Part shown: one piece after another, positions 39,625-50,246 of the stretch
How the letters are laid out: each line of letters begins with the position of its first letter
Numbering within the stretch: the stretch's first letter is position 1
DNA from: a virus
Lineage: Duplodnaviria > Heunggongvirae > Uroviricota > Caudoviricetes
DNA length: 52,210 nt
Strand: one strand, 5' to 3'
Virus record (IMG/VR): IMGVR_UViG_2541047879_000004
Location: 1-52,210 of that record
The notes under the pieces: model-generated
Told to the model about the DNA's origin: nothing
Databases searched by the model: none
The model's input: only the letters and a program-made list of their open reading frames with translations
Position numbers and translations under genes: made by a program

Positions 39625-40202
39625 ACACGGCAGCGGAAGCCATTCGCGCCCTGTCGATGCAGATGCCGGGCTTTCGCCGTCAGATGAACGAAGGCTGGTA
39701 CCAGATACGTATTGCCGGTGATGACACGGCACCGGAGGCGGTGTATGCCCGTCTTCACGAACAGCTGGGTGAGGGAACGGTCATCCACATTGTGCCGCGA
39801 CTGGCCGGGGCCGGAAAGGGTGGACTGCAGATTGTGCTGGGGGCGGCAGCCATCGTGGGCTCTTTCTTCACGGCCGGAGGCTCGATGGCGTTATGGGGTA
39901 CAGCCCTGAGTGCCGGTGGTTTTTCTGCCACCACGATGCTGTTTTCACTGGGTGCCAGCATGATACTGGGCGGTGTGGCCCAGATGCTGGCCCCGAAGGC
40001 AAAAACACCGGATTACCGCGCAACGGATAACGGCAGACAGAACACGTACTTTTCCTCGCTGGATAACATGATTGCCCAGGGGAACCCGATGCCGGTGCCT
40101 TACGGGGAAATGCTGGTTGGCTCCCGCCGTATATCCCAGGACATCAGCACCCGTGATGAAGGCGGGGGCGGAAAGGTCGTGGTTATCGGGCGGCAGGGGT
40201 AA
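39522..40202 (+). CDS. I: Tail assembly protein I
   Basis: ICLHGDLQRFGRR...IHIVPR...QNTYFSSLDNM like lambda gpI; overlaps K 3' end. Confidence 0.9.
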   Translation: MATTNAFCLASPPLAHICLHGDLQRFGRRLSLYVNTAAEAIRALSMQMPGFRRQMNEGWYQIRIAGDDTAPEAVYARLHEQLGEGTVIHIVPRLAGAGKGGLQIVLGAAAIVGSFFTAGGSMALWGTALSAGGFSATTMLFSLGASMILGGVAQMLAPKAKTPDYRATDNGRQNTYFSSLDNMIAQGNPMPVPYGEMLVGSRRISQDISTRDEGGGGKVVVIGRQG

Positions 40203-40545
40203 AAAGAATAAAAAAATCCCGCAGTGATCGCGGACAGGAACTGCGGGAGAGTTACGAAGATTAAGTGTAAGGAATTATTCTTATATCACGACAAAAAAAT
40301 TAACGCAGAGAAATTATACGCGCCACGGTCAGTTTGTGAAAATGTGAAGATATTCAGAATTTTTATGCCATTACCGGTTTTAACCAACAGGATTATCGGT
40401 GGGCATGAAAGAAAACCCCGGTATCTGCTGATACCGGGGGTTCTCTTTAGCATGGCAGAAATGTGTTTCATGCTTTTCGGGCGAAGGATATCCGACTTCT
40501 GTACGGAATGGCAAGTGGCGGTTAATTTATTCAGGGGAAGGCTGT

Positions 40546-43500
40546 ATGGGAAAAGGTGGCGGTAAGGCACACACGCCTCGTGAGGCGAAGGATAATCTCA
40601 AATCCACGCAGATGATGAGTGTGATTGATGCGATTGGTGAGGGACCGATAGAAGGTCCGGTGAAGGGACTGCAGAGTATTCTGGTGAACAAAACCCCACT
40701 GACGGACACGGACGGCAATCCCGTGATACACGGTGTGACGGCGGTCTGGCGCGCCGGGGAGCAGGAGCAGACACCACCGGAAGGCTTTGAGTCCTCCGGA
40801 GCTGAAACCGGACTGGGCGTGGAAGTGACGAAGGCAAAACCGGTGACGCGCACCATTACGTCCGCGAACATTGACCGCCTGCGGGTTACCTTCGGGGTGC
40901 AGTCACTGGTGCAGACCACGTCAAAGGGCGACCGTAATCCTTCCTCTGTCCGGATTCTGATTCAGTTACAGCGTAATGGTCGCTGGGTGACGGAAAAGGA
41001 CGTCACCATTAACGGCAAGACCACCTCACAGTTCCTGGCCTCGGTGATTCTGGATAATCTGCCGCCCCGGCCCTTTAACATCCGGATGGTCAGGGAGACG
41101 GCGGACAGCACCACGGACCAGCTGCAGAATAAGACGCTGTGGTCGTCATACACCGAAATCATCGATGTGAAACAGTGCTACCCGAACACGGCCATTGTGG
41201 GGCTGCAGGTGGATGCGGAGCAGTTCGGCGGCCAGCAGATGACGGTGAACTACCATATCCGCGGTCGCATCATCCAGGTGCCGTCAAACTATGACCCGGA
41301 AAAACGCACGTACAGTGGTATCTGGGACGGCAGTCTGAAACCGGCATACAGCAACAACCCGGCCTGGTGCCTGTGGGACATGCTGACTCACCCGCGCTAC
41401 GGCATGGGAAAACGTCTGGGGGCGGCGGATGTGGACAAGTGGGCGCTGTATGCCATCGGGCAGTACTGCGATCAGACGGTCCCGGATGGTTTCGGGGGGA
41501 CCGAGCCGCGGATGACCTTTAATGCGTACCTGGCACAACAGCGTAAGGCGTGGGACGTTCTCAGTGATTTCTGCTCTGCGATGCGCTGTATGCCGGTATG
41601 GAACGGTCAGACGCTGACGTTCGTTCAGGACCGCCCGTCGGATGTGGTGTGGCCGTACACCAACAGCGATGTGGTGGTGGATGATAACGGCGTGGGATTC
41701 CGCTACAGCTTCAGTGCCCTGAAGGACCGGCACACGGCGATGGAGGTGAATTACACCGACCCGCAGAACGGCTGGCAGACCTCCACGGAACTGGTGGAAG
41801 ACCCGGAAGCCATACTGCGCTACGGACGCAACCTGCTGAAGATGGATGCGTTCGGCTGTACCAGCCGCGGTCAGGCCCACCGTGCCGGACTGTGGGTGAT
41901 AAAGACCGAACTGCTGGAAACGCAGACGGTGGATTTCACGCTCGGGTCTCAGGGGCTGCGGCACACACCCGGTGACATCATTGAAATCTGTGATAACGAC
42001 TATGCCGGGACCCTGACCGGCGGACGTGTCCTGTCCATTGATGCTGCCACCCGCACCCTGACGCTGGACCGTGAAGTGACACTTCCGGAGACCGGTGCCG
42101 CCACGGTGAACCTGATTAACGGCAGCGGTAAGCCAGTGAGTGTGGACATCACCGAACACCCCGCGCCGGACCGGATACAGGTCAGTACCCTGCCTGATGG
42201 TGTGGAGACATACGGGGTGTGGGGACTCTCCCTGCCGTCACTGCGCCGTCGCCTGTTCCGCTGTGTCTCCGTCCGGGAAAACACGGACGGCACCTTTGCC
42301 ATCACGGCGGTGCAGCACGTACCGGAAAAAGAAGCCATCGTGGATAACGGTGCCCGCTTTGAGCCGCAGTCAGGTTCCCTGAACAGCGTCATCCCACCGG
42401 CAGTGCAGCACCTGACGGTGGAGGTGAGCGCAGCTGACGGCCAGTATCTGGCGCAGGCGAAATGGGACACGCCGCGGGTGGTGAAGGGTGTGCGCTTCAG
42501 TCTGCGCCTGACCAGTGGTAAGGGAACGGATGCCAGACTGGTGACCACCGCTATCACCGCAGACACGGAGCACCGTTTCAGCGGCCTGCCGCTCGGGGAA
42601 TACACCCTGACGGTGCGGGCGATAAACAGCTATGGCCAGCAGGGTGAACCTGCCACCACCACCTTCCGGATTGCCGCACCGGCAGCACCGTCGCGGATTG
42701 AGCTGACGCCGGGCTATTTTCAGATAACCGCCACGCCGCATCTTGCCGTTTATGACCCGACGGTACAGTTTGAGTTCTGGTTCTCGGAAAAGCGGATTGC
42801 GGATATCAGGCAGGTTGAAACCGCAGCCCGCTATCTTGGCTCGGCGCTGTACTGGATAGCTGCCAGTATCAATATCAAACCGGGCCATGATTATTATTTT
42901 TATATCCGCAGTGTGAATACTGTTGGCAAATCGGCATTCGTGGAGGCTGTCGGTCGGGCGAGCGATGATGCGGAAGGTTACCTGGATTTTTTCAAAGGAG
43001 AAATCGGGAAAACACATCTGGCCCAGGAGCTGTGGACGCAGATTGATAACGGTCAGCTTGCGCCGGACCTGGCTGAAATCAGGACGTCCATTACGAATGT
43101 CAGCAATGAAATCACGCAGACCGTCAATAAAAAACTGGAAAATCAGAGTGCGGCAATCCAGCAGATACAGAAAGTTCAGGTTGATACAAATAATAACCTG
43201 AACAGCATGTGGGCCGTGAAACTGCAGCAGATGCAGGACGGACGCCTTTATATTGCGGGTATCGGTGCCGGTATTGAGAATACGCCAGCAGGAATGCAGA
43301 GTCAGGTGCTGCTGGCGGCAGACAGGATTGCGATGATTAATCCTGCGAATGGCAACACAAAGCCGATGTTTGTTGGTCAGGGCGATCAGATATTTATGAA
43401 TGAAGTGTTCCTGAAATATCTGACGGCTCCCACCATTACCAGCGGCGGTAATCCTCCGGCATTTTCCCTGACACCGGACGGGCGGCTGACGGCGAAAAAT

Positions 43501-43638
43501 GCCGATATCAGCGGTAACGTGAATGCGAACTCCGGGACGCTCAACAACGTCACGATTAACGAGAACTGTCGGTTTACGAGAACTCGGCACAAGCGGGGAG
43601 AAAATACCGTTACTCAGTACAGCGAATACCTGGACTAA
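40546..43638 (+). CDS. J: Tail tip / host specificity protein J body (C-terminal receptor-binding domain apparently detached)
   Basis: 1030-aa lambda gpJ-like ORF; last ~22 residues non-J and stop lies inside a gix-like sequence. Confidence 0.85.
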   Translation: MGKGGGKAHTPREAKDNLKSTQMMSVIDAIGEGPIEGPVKGLQSILVNKTPLTDTDGNPVIHGVTAVWRAGEQEQTPPEGFESSGAETGLGVEVTKAKPVTRTITSANIDRLRVTFGVQSLVQTTSKGDRNPSSVRILIQLQRNGRWVTEKDVTINGKTTSQFLASVILDNLPPRPFNIRMVRETADSTTDQLQNKTLWSSYTEIIDVKQCYPNTAIVGLQVDAEQFGGQQMTVNYHIRGRIIQVPSNYDPEKRTYSGIWDGSLKPAYSNNPAWCLWDMLTHPRYGMGKRLGAADVDKWALYAIGQYCDQTVPDGFGGTEPRMTFNAYLAQQRKAWDVLSDFCSAMRCMPVWNGQTLTFVQDRPSDVVWPYTNSDVVVDDNGVGFRYSFSALKDRHTAMEVNYTDPQNGWQTSTELVEDPEAILRYGRNLLKMDAFGCTSRGQAHRAGLWVIKTELLETQTVDFTLGSQGLRHTPGDIIEICDNDYAGTLTGGRVLSIDAATRTLTLDREVTLPETGAATVNLINGSGKPVSVDITEHPAPDRIQVSTLPDGVETYGVWGLSLPSLRRRLFRCVSVRENTDGTFAITAVQHVPEKEAIVDNGARFEPQSGSLNSVIPPAVQHLTVEVSAADGQYLAQAKWDTPRVVKGVRFSLRLTSGKGTDARLVTTAITADTEHRFSGLPLGEYTLTVRAINSYGQQGEPATTTFRIAAPAAPSRIELTPGYFQITATPHLAVYDPTVQFEFWFSEKRIADIRQVETAARYLGSALYWIAASINIKPGHDYYFYIRSVNTVGKSAFVEAVGRASDDAEGYLDFFKGEIGKTHLAQELWTQIDNGQLAPDLAEIRTSITNVSNEITQTVNKKLENQSAAIQQIQKVQVDTNNNLNSMWAVKLQQMQDGRLYIAGIGAGIENTPAGMQSQVLLAADRIAMINPANGNTKPMFVGQGDQIFMNEVFLKYLTAPTITSGGNPPAFSLTPDGRLTAKNADISGNVNANSGTLNNVTINENCRFTRTRHKRGENTVTQYSEYLD

Positions 43639-43644
43639 TCGACA
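43619..43644. other. Degenerate gix-like recombination site (left boundary of invertible tail-fibre segment)
   Basis: ACAGCGAATACC TG GACTAATCGACA; outer half matches the strong site at 46638-46663 in inverted orientation, inner half diverged. Confidence 0.4.
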
Positions 43645-44515
43645 AACATTCAGCGGTGGCCTTTCTGGTGAACTATCCGGCAATGCTTCTACAGCTGCAA
43701 AATTAAAAACTGCCAGGAAAATAAGCAATGTGGCTTTTGATGGTTCCTCCGATATCACATTAAAAGCAAGTCATGTTGGTGCGTTTGCCTTAGGGAAAAC
43801 AGGAAGCACCGTTGCGAATGATAAAGCAGTTGGATGGAACTGGAGTAGCGGAGCCTATAACGCAACTATTAGTGGTGCATCAACGTTAATTATTCATTTT
43901 TATATGGGAGAAGGAAGTTGTCCTGCAGCTCAGTTTCGGATTAATTATAAAAATGGCGGTATTTTTTATCGTTCAGCCCGTGATGGTTATGGTTTTGAAG
44001 CCGACTGGTCCGAATTTTACACCACCACCAGAAAGCCTTCAGCAGGAGATGTTGGTGCACTGCCGTTATCTGGTGGTCAACTGAATGGTGCACTGGGTAT
44101 CGGAACATCCAGTGCTCTTGGCGGTAATTCGATTGTATTGGGTGATAATGACACGGGCTTTAAACAAAATGGCGATGGTAATCTGGATGTTTATGCTAAT
44201 AACGTCCATGTTATGCGCTTTGTCTCCGGAAGCATTCAAAGTAATAAAACCATAAATATTACAGGGCGTGTTACCCCCTCGGATTACGGTAACTTTGATT
44301 CCCGTTATGTGAAAGATGTTCGACTTGGTTCACAGCAATATTATGGAGTGAACAACTGGCAAACATGGAATTTCCAGTGCCCTTCAGGTCATGTATTGTC
44401 TGGTATTAATGTTCAGGATACAGGGTCTAACTCTGCCGATAATATAGCGGGCGTTTATTACAGACCCGTTCAAAAGTATATAAATGGCACCTGGTATAAT
44501 GTAGCGAGCGTTTAA
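43645..44515 (+). CDS. Silent alternative tail-fibre C-terminal cassette (S'v-like), no start codon of its own
   Basis: Homologous to C-terminal part of stf (LGGNSI(V/T)LGDNDTG(F/I)KQ(N/G)GDG, ...[11 protein letters not shown]); frame differs from J. Confidence 0.6.
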
Positions 44516-44516
44516 T

Positions 44517-45050
44517 ATGATGCACTTAAAGAACATAAAAGCGGGTAATGCTAAAACACTGGAACAGTATGAGTTAACAAAGAAACACGGAGTTATCTGG
44601 CTTTACTCTGAGGACGGAAAAAACTGGTATGAGGAAGTGAAAAACTTTCAGCCAGACACCATAAAGATTGTTTACGATGAAAATAATATTATTGTTGCCA
44701 TAACCAAAGATGCCTCCACACTTAACCCTGAAGGTTATAGCGTCGTTGAGATTCCTGATATTACCGCCAACCGGCGTGCTGACGACTCAGGTAAATGGAT
44801 GTTTAAAGATGGCGCAGTCATTAAACGTGTATATACCGAAGAAGAGTTGCGCCTACAGACGGAAAACCAGAAAAAAATATTATTACAGCAGGTCAGAGAA
44901 AAAACGCAGTTCTGGCAAACACAGCTTACTTTGGGGATTATCACTGATTCAGACAGACAGCAACTGATGAACTGGATGCGATACGTGCAACAGGTTGAGA
45001 CAACTGATACCTCGGTTCTTCCTGTAACATTCCCGGAACCACCAGAATAA
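44517..45050 (+). CDS. Tail fibre assembly protein (Tfa', alternative cassette)
   Basis: 177 aa paralog of 45081..45608 (MxHLKNIxAG...GVIWLY(S/T)EDGKNWY). Confidence 0.8.
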   Translation: MMHLKNIKAGNAKTLEQYELTKKHGVIWLYSEDGKNWYEEVKNFQPDTIKIVYDENNIIVAITKDASTLNPEGYSVVEIPDITANRRADDSGKWMFKDGAVIKRVYTEEELRLQTENQKKILLQQVREKTQFWQTQLTLGIITDSDRQQLMNWMRYVQQVETTDTSVLPVTFPEPPE

Positions 45051-45054
45051 GAAA

Positions 45055-45078
45055 AGGCCCGTACGGGCCTTAATTTGT
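45055..45078. terminator. Bidirectional hairpin between convergent tfa genes
   Basis: AGGCCCGtacGGGCCT flanked by A/T runs. Confidence 0.55.
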
Positions 45079-45080
45079 TG

Positions 45081-45608
45081 TTATTCTGGTTTCTGTGGCC
45101 ATTCAGGCTTTGCAGTATCCACACGGCTGACCATAACGCTGTAGCGTTCCCATGATTCCAGTCGTGTGCGTTCCTCATCAGTTGCCATATTAAGTCTGAC
45201 AGCACGTTCCAGCGGTTGAATCACAGACTCCGCTTCGGAAAGCAAAGCGGCTTTTTGTAACTCTGCCTGCTGTTGCAGTTCCTGTTTTGTATATTCCCGC
45301 TTTACTACTTTACCATCCAGAAACTTCCAGTTTCCCGAGATATCGGCGCGACGGTTGGCTGTTATATTCGGTAACTCAACAACACTTAACCCGTCAGGGT
45401 TAAGTGTTGATACGTCTTTCTCAATACAACGAATAATCCCCTTCTGGTCATAAGCTATTTTTAAAGTATCATCCTGAAAGTTTTTTAATTCGTCATACCA
45501 GTTTTTACCGTCTTCTGTATATAGCCAGATAACGCCAGCTTTTTTCGTAAGCTGATACTGCTCAATGGTTTTGGGCTTTCCGGCGGTAATATTTTTCAGA
45601 TGTTGCAT
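45081..45608 (-). CDS. tfa: Tail fibre assembly protein Tfa
   Basis: 175 aa immediately downstream of stf on minus strand. Confidence 0.8.
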   Translation of the reverse strand: MQHLKNITAGKPKTIEQYQLTKKAGVIWLYTEDGKNWYDELKNFQDDTLKIAYDQKGIIRCIEKDVSTLNPDGLSVVELPNITANRRADISGNWKFLDGKVVKREYTKQELQQQAELQKAALLSEAESVIQPLERAVRLNMATDEERTRLESWERYSVMVSRVDTAKPEWPQKPE

Positions 45609-45623
45609 ATATTCTCCTGATGG

Positions 45624-48530
45624 CTATGCCTGTTCAACGTTATACCAGTTACCAGAAATGTATTTTTGTAGTGGTCGTGACACCATCCAGTCATCTCCAT
45701 CAACCTCACCAATAATTTGCAATCCTGTTGTCACATGACCATTACCTGGTTCGCAAAGTCCTCCGCGATATAATGCGTCAGAACGTCTGCCTCCCAGACG
45801 CACATTTCTGATAAAAGAACTATTCAGGTAATCATTTAAGTTTGAACCCCAGCACCCACCAAATATATTTCCATCGGTGTTATAACGGACGCCACCCGCA
45901 ATAAGAGCACCCGGTGAAATAAAGGATTTATCGTTCGGGTTAAACTGCCATAAAGCATCATTACCGCCATCGCCACGCATATGAATACATGGAACCGGAA
46001 ATCCATACTGTTCTGTCAGTAAATACCCAAAGCTGACCGCGCCGGGATAGCCCTGTCCATTGCGAATGGACAAGCCCTTAACTATCGGCACGTAATGACC
46101 ACCAGGAGTGGGATTCCAGGCAAACTGCGTCTGAACAAAAGGCGCGGTGGCATTATTCAACTGGTCTGCAAATGCGCCACTTCCATCAGGAATTATTCCC
46201 TGATGAATATATGCAACCCGCTTATAAAAATCAGCAGATGCGGGTTGAAGCCCAAATGCCAGTTGTCCATTTGAATAGAATAAAAGGACACCGTCGCCGC
46301 CCTGTTTAATACCAGTGTCGTTATCTCCGAGAGTAATGGAATTACCGCCCAGTGCGTTATCTGTACCAAGCGCCAGCCCACCATCAATTTTGGCCCCGTG
46401 GCTGACAGATATAGCACCTGTTCTCAGATTTATAGCGAATGGCCTTAATGGGCCGATATCACCGTTTTCGCCTTGTCCTTCAGCCGTCGGAATGAAATGA
46501 AGAAAATCTTCTGAACGACGGAAAATAAGACCGAAGGCATCATTGAAAATTCGCAGCGCATTCACCGTGCCAATTTTCAGTTCTCCGGTCATTTTATCGC
46601 CGGAACGCTGAACGGCGTTACCAGCCTTGTTTACCGTTTCCTGTAAACCGAGGTATTCGATAACGGCGGCAACGGTCGATTTCGCAAGAATATCCCGCCC
46701 AACTTTTGTCAGGGTTGCCAGACTGGCAACATCATTCCCCGTAAAATACGGAAACCTGTCTGCCGCAGTAGCAAGCCCGGCCAGCGCCGTCAGGGTGGCA
46801 TCTTTCGGTTGCTTACCCGCAAGCGCGCTAGTCATGGTGGTCGCAAAATTCGGGTCGTTGCCCAACGCCGCAGCCAGCTCGTTCAGCGTATTCAGTGCGT
46901 CAGGCGACGAGTCCACGAGGGCAGCGATCGCAGCCATAACATAAGCCGTGCTTGCGATTTGGGTATTATTCGTTCCCTGTCGCGCAGTTGGTGTTGTTGG
47001 CGTTCCGGTCAGTGCAGGACTATTTAAGGGCGCTTTCTTGTTCGTTTCACCCATTACCGCCTTAACCGCTTTTGGCGTTGCCGCCAGTGACTCGGAAGTG
47101 CTGTTGGTCGCACTGCTGAGCTGTACTATCCCCTTTTTCGTCGTGCTCGCATCCTCAAGCGCCACGGCGGATGCAATATCCTCTGCCCGTTTTGCCGCTG
47201 TCTCAGCGCGCGTTGCCGCGGATTCCGCCGTACTTTTGCTCTGAGCTGCCGCCGTCGCACTGCCAGCTGCCTCTGTCGCCTTCGTGGATGCCGTCGTGGC
47301 GCTGCCCTTTGCTGCTGACGCCTGTCTGGTCGCCTCATCTTTTGAAGCAGACGCAGATGATGCCGATGACGCCGCTGAACTGGCTGACGATGCGGCTGCC
47401 GCCTTAGAGGAAGCAGCATTGTCTGCTGAAGTCTTTGCATTTGTTTCAGAGGTTTTTGCTGCAGAAGCAGACCTCGCTGCTGCAGTGGCTTGCTCAGTGG
47501 CTTTGCCAGCCTTCGTTGTGGCTGTTGAAGCGGATGATGCGGCGCTTTCTGCCGATTTTCCGGCGGCGGTGGCACTGGCTGAGGCCTGCCCGGCACTTGT
47601 TGACGCGGCACTGGCAGATAATGCAGCCGCTGTTTTTGAACCTGCCGCAGCTGAGGCGCTCTGTCCCGCTGCTGTTTCAGAAGACTTAGCGTTCGTCTCG
47701 GACGTTTTTGCCGCCTTCGCGGAATTTCCTGCCGCCGTTGCCGAGGAAGCTGCACTACTGGCACTTGATGATGCATTCGTTTCTGAAGATTTCGCTGCCT
47801 CTTTTGAGGCCGCCGCACCCCGTGCCGAGGTGGCAGCTTCTGACGCCTTCGTGGTCGCTGTGGATGCAGAAGTGGCTGCTGATTGTTGTGACGCTGCCGC
47901 ATTCGTTTCTGACGTTTTCGCGGCACTGGCGCTGGTAGCTGCCGCGCTTTTTGATGACTCTGCAGCAGCAGCACTTTTTGATGCCTCAGAGGCTTTTGCT
48001 GATGCCGTTCCTGCGCTGGAAAAAGCCTCCTGAGCCGACGTCGCGGCCTGTCCGGCTGACGTGCTGGCTGCGCGTGCTGAGCCTGCAGCATCAGTCGCAT
48101 GGGTTGCCGCCTCACGGGCTGATGTGCTGGCATCGCCGGCTGACTTCTTCGCGGCTGCCGTGTTCTGTGCCACTGCGGACGCGTTACGCGCCACCTCTTC
48201 CACCATCAGTTCAAAACGGCGCAGTGCCTCCGGACGGGCATCATCCTCCGTCATGGCACCGAGAAAATCATTCAGCGTACCTGGTCTGGAACCTTCATAG
48301 ACGGTAATGGTCCCGGCATGTGAAGGCGGAAAACCTTCAACCAGCAGGGTGACGCTGTACTGACCATGCTCAACATCCATGCTGTAACGTCCGGCTTCAT
48401 CCGGATTTTCAGAGGCCACCGTGTTCACCACCACCGTGCTGCTGGTTCGTCTGGCCTTCAGCACAATGGTGCAGTTCTGTACTGGTTTTCCTGTGCCATC
48501 TTTAAGCACGCCAGAAATTTTTACTGTCAT
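45624..48530 (-). CDS. stf: Side tail fibre protein Stf
   Basis: 968 aa; N-terminus MTVKISGVLKDGTGKPVQNCTI like lambda Stf (recalled); long Ala/Ser/Thr-rich shaft repeats. Confidence 0.85.
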   Translation of the reverse strand: MTVKISGVLKDGTGKPVQNCTIVLKARRTSSTVVVNTVASENPDEAGRYSMDVEHGQYSVTLLVEGFPPSHAGTITVYEGSRPGTLNDFLGAMTEDDARPEALRRFELMVEEVARNASAVAQNTAAAKKSAGDASTSAREAATHATDAAGSARAASTSAGQAATSAQEAFSSAGTASAKASEASKSAAAAESSKSAAATSASAAKTSETNAAASQQSAATSASTATTKASEAATSARGAAASKEAAKSSETNASSSASSAASSATAAGNSAKAAKTSETNAKSSETAAGQSASAAAGSKTAAALSASAASTSAGQASASATAAGKSAESAASSASTATTKAGKATEQATAAARSASAAKTSETNAKTSADNAASSKAAAASSASSAASSASSASASKDEATRQASAAKGSATTASTKATEAAGSATAAAQSKSTAESAATRAETAAKRAEDIASAVALEDASTTKKGIVQLSSATNSTSESLAATPKAVKAVMGETNKKAPLNSPALTGTPTTPTARQGTNNTQIASTAYVMAAIAALVDSSPDALNTLNELAAALGNDPNFATTMTSALAGKQPKDATLTALAGLATAADRFPYFTGNDVASLATLTKVGRDILAKSTVAAVIEYLGLQETVNKAGNAVQRSGDKMTGELKIGTVNALRIFNDAFGLIFRRSEDFLHFIPTAEGQGENGDIGPLRPFAINLRTGAISVSHGAKIDGGLALGTDNALGGNSITLGDNDTGIKQGGDGVLLFYSNGQLAFGLQPASADFYKRVAYIHQGIIPDGSGAFADQLNNATAPFVQTQFAWNPTPGGHYVPIVKGLSIRNGQGYPGAVSFGYLLTEQYGFPVPCIHMRGDGGNDALWQFNPNDKSFISPGALIAGGVRYNTDGNIFGGCWGSNLNDYLNSSFIRNVRLGGRRSDALYRGGLCEPGNGHVTTGLQIIGEVDGDDWMVSRPLQKYISGNWYNVEQA
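46638..46663. other. gix/cix/pix-like DNA invertase crossover site inside stf (constant/variable junction)
   Basis: TTCCTGTAAACCGAGGTATTCGATAA, about 23 of 26 match to Mu gixL-type sequence as recalled; encodes AAVIEYLGLQE in stf frame. Confidence 0.65.
47120..48185. repeat. Ala/Ser/Thr-rich low-complexity repeat region of Stf shaft
   Basis: Protein segment of repeated (A/S/T)xSAxxA units; GC-rich DNA generating mirror ORFs in other frames. Confidence 0.7.
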
Positions 48531-48681
48531 ACTTTTCCACCAATAAAAAAAGCCCGCAGCAGTGACGCCACGGGGTTCAGGACAGTGTAACTTTACGTTT
48601 CCTCAAACGCAGTTCACCCCATAAGGTGGATGAACCTGCGTATCATAACAATATTTACAGAAGATAAATCGGCGTCTGTTG

Positions 48682-49281
48682 TCAGAAACGGTATCCGATA
48701 CCAACAATAAATGCATCCGTTCGCCAGTCGCCACTACCGGAACCTTCATAAGCAAGGTCAATGGTCACGGATTCGGTCGGGTTAAACTGCACGCCAGCCC
48801 CCCACGCCAGAGACGTGTTGCTGTGGCGACCGTCATCACTTCCGGTCAGCACATCGTGCGTTTTCCCCTTGTTGTCAGTTACGCGGAGATAATCCCCGGA
48901 GAAAGTCGACACACGGCTGTAAGCCACACCCGCCATCGCATACGCGCTGAACCATTCATTCACGCGTACAGACGGCCCCGCCATCACGCTGAACCAGCGG
49001 TTACGCACGGAATCTTCATGCCAGCGGGTATCGCTGTAGCGCGTTTTTTGCTCATCCTCAGCATTGGCATAACTGAAGGACGTAATCAGCCCCAGCGCGT
49101 CCGTAAACTCATAACGGTATTTCACGTTAATCCCGTTCAGATCATCACTACCGGGAACGTTCGTCGAGGCATGGAGATACCCCGCGCTCAGCGTGGACTG
49201 ATGTTCTGCTGCACTCGCTGGCGTAGCAGCGGCGACCTGCCAGACTACTGCGGACAAAATAACAGCACATAATTTACGCAT
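48682..49281 (-). CDS. lom: Outer membrane beta-barrel protein Lom (Ail/PagC/OmpX family)
   Basis: Signal peptide MRKLCAVILSAVVWQVAAATPASA; C-terminal ...GIGYRF beta-barrel terminus. Confidence 0.85.
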   Translation of the reverse strand: MRKLCAVILSAVVWQVAAATPASAAEHQSTLSAGYLHASTNVPGSDDLNGINVKYRYEFTDALGLITSFSYANAEDEQKTRYSDTRWHEDSVRNRWFSVMAGPSVRVNEWFSAYAMAGVAYSRVSTFSGDYLRVTDNKGKTHDVLTGSDDGRHSNTSLAWGAGVQFNPTESVTIDLAYEGSGSGDWRTDAFIVGIGYRF

Positions 49282-49299
49282 AATTACCTCTCGCTTTTC

Positions 49300-49330
49300 T
49301 GCAATAAAAAAGGCGCCATTTCTGGCGCCC
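49300..49330 (-). terminator. Rho-independent terminator (minus strand) between J-fragment ORF and lom
   Basis: GGCGCCagaaatGGCGCC followed by T-run on minus strand. Confidence 0.6.
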
Positions 49331-49348
49331 GTATCTGGGTTATAAAAT

Positions 49349-49831
49349 TCAGCTAATCGTGATGCCTGCAGTGGCTTTCTTCATCACCACAACCAGCAAA
49401 TCGCTGATACTTGCTGTGGGATACCAGTTATTTACCAGCCATGCTGACACCGAAAACTCCAGTGTCATGTGACCGTGACCGGCAGGCATATCAATAACAC
49501 CACTGTAAATCAGCGTATTATCCAGCGCGGTACGGTTATAAATTTCAGCACCGTTTTTCCGCACTATCAGACGGCATGAGGAGTAAATATCAGTATGCTC
49601 TTTCTCATGTTTAGCGCCGCTGAATGCCACCGCCGGAATAACAATCTGCCGGTCAAACGGCTGATCGTCATAAACCCTGACGGTAATGGTTCCTGATGGC
49701 CACCGCTCCGGTGCACGGGAGTCCCGGGGGAAAGCTTTGCCCACTGTTTTAACGAGATCGCCTTCAATCTGGTTCGCGGACAATTTTCCCAGAACCCGAG
49801 GTTTTAGATAATGGCGGTTTCTGGCCTGCAT
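49349..49831 (-). pseudogene. Inverted, detached fragment resembling C-terminal receptor-binding domain of J
   Basis: [21 protein letters not shown]...[15 protein letters not shown]...[10 protein letters not shown] resembles recalled lambda J C-terminus; lies upstream of lom on minus strand as in lambda J-lom order. Confidence 0.55.
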
Positions 49832-49865
49832 GGCATGATTTGTGCTTTTGGACGGGAGATTCAGC

Positions 49866-50105
49866 GTGCTGATTGGCTATGTAAGGGTATCAACAAATGA
49901 CCAGAATACAGATCTGCAACGAAACGCTCTTGTTTGTGCAGGATATGAACAAATATTTGAAGATAAATTAAGCGGAACAAGGACAGGCCGACCTGGATTA
50001 AAACGTGCTTTAAAGCGCCTTCAAAAAGGTGACGCACTGGTTGTCTGAAAACTGGACTGACTGGTTCACTGTATGCGGCATCTTGTCGTGCTGGTGGTGG
50101 AAGCC
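49866..50105 (+). pseudogene. pin: DNA invertase (Pin/Gin/Hin serine recombinase) N-terminal remnant with nonsense mutations, 3' part deleted
   Basis: [62 protein letters not shown] then TGA; downstream frame degenerate with second stop. Confidence 0.75.
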
Positions 50106-50107
50106 TA

Positions 50108-50240
50108 GAAAAAGTATCGGGTGTTACTGAACCGTGTTGATACATCAACTGCACCTGATATTGAGTGGCCTACGAACCCTGTCAGGGAGTAATCATTGGG
50201 ATTATGCCGCAGCACGTCTTAAGCAAGAACGTGCTGCGGT
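50108..50240. repeat. Direct repeat copy A: tfa 3' end (..[26 protein letters not shown]) plus hairpin
   Basis: About 130 bp nearly identical to 51166-51298. Confidence 0.8.
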
Positions 50241-50246
50241 TGGATG

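Noticed and set aside
40224-40565. 113-aa plus-strand ORF in the I-J spacer
   Set aside because: No RBS, runs into the J start, odd composition; the spacer itself is reported as a finding.
42370-43758. 462-aa minus-strand ORF antisense to J
   Set aside because: Antisense to lambda-like J; no RBS context; implausible composition.
47126-48133. Minus-strand (335 aa, Arg/Pro/Gln-rich) and plus-strand (249 aa, Ala/Asp-rich) alternative-frame ORFs within stf
   Set aside because: Frame artefacts of the GC-rich Ala/Ser repeat region; the 968-aa stf frame has a lambda Stf-like N-terminus and fibre C-terminus.
49842-50105. Functional DNA invertase gene
   Set aside because: Only about 60 N-terminal codons are intact before a stop; the remainder is degenerate and replaced by tfa-derived sequence, so it is called a pseudogene.
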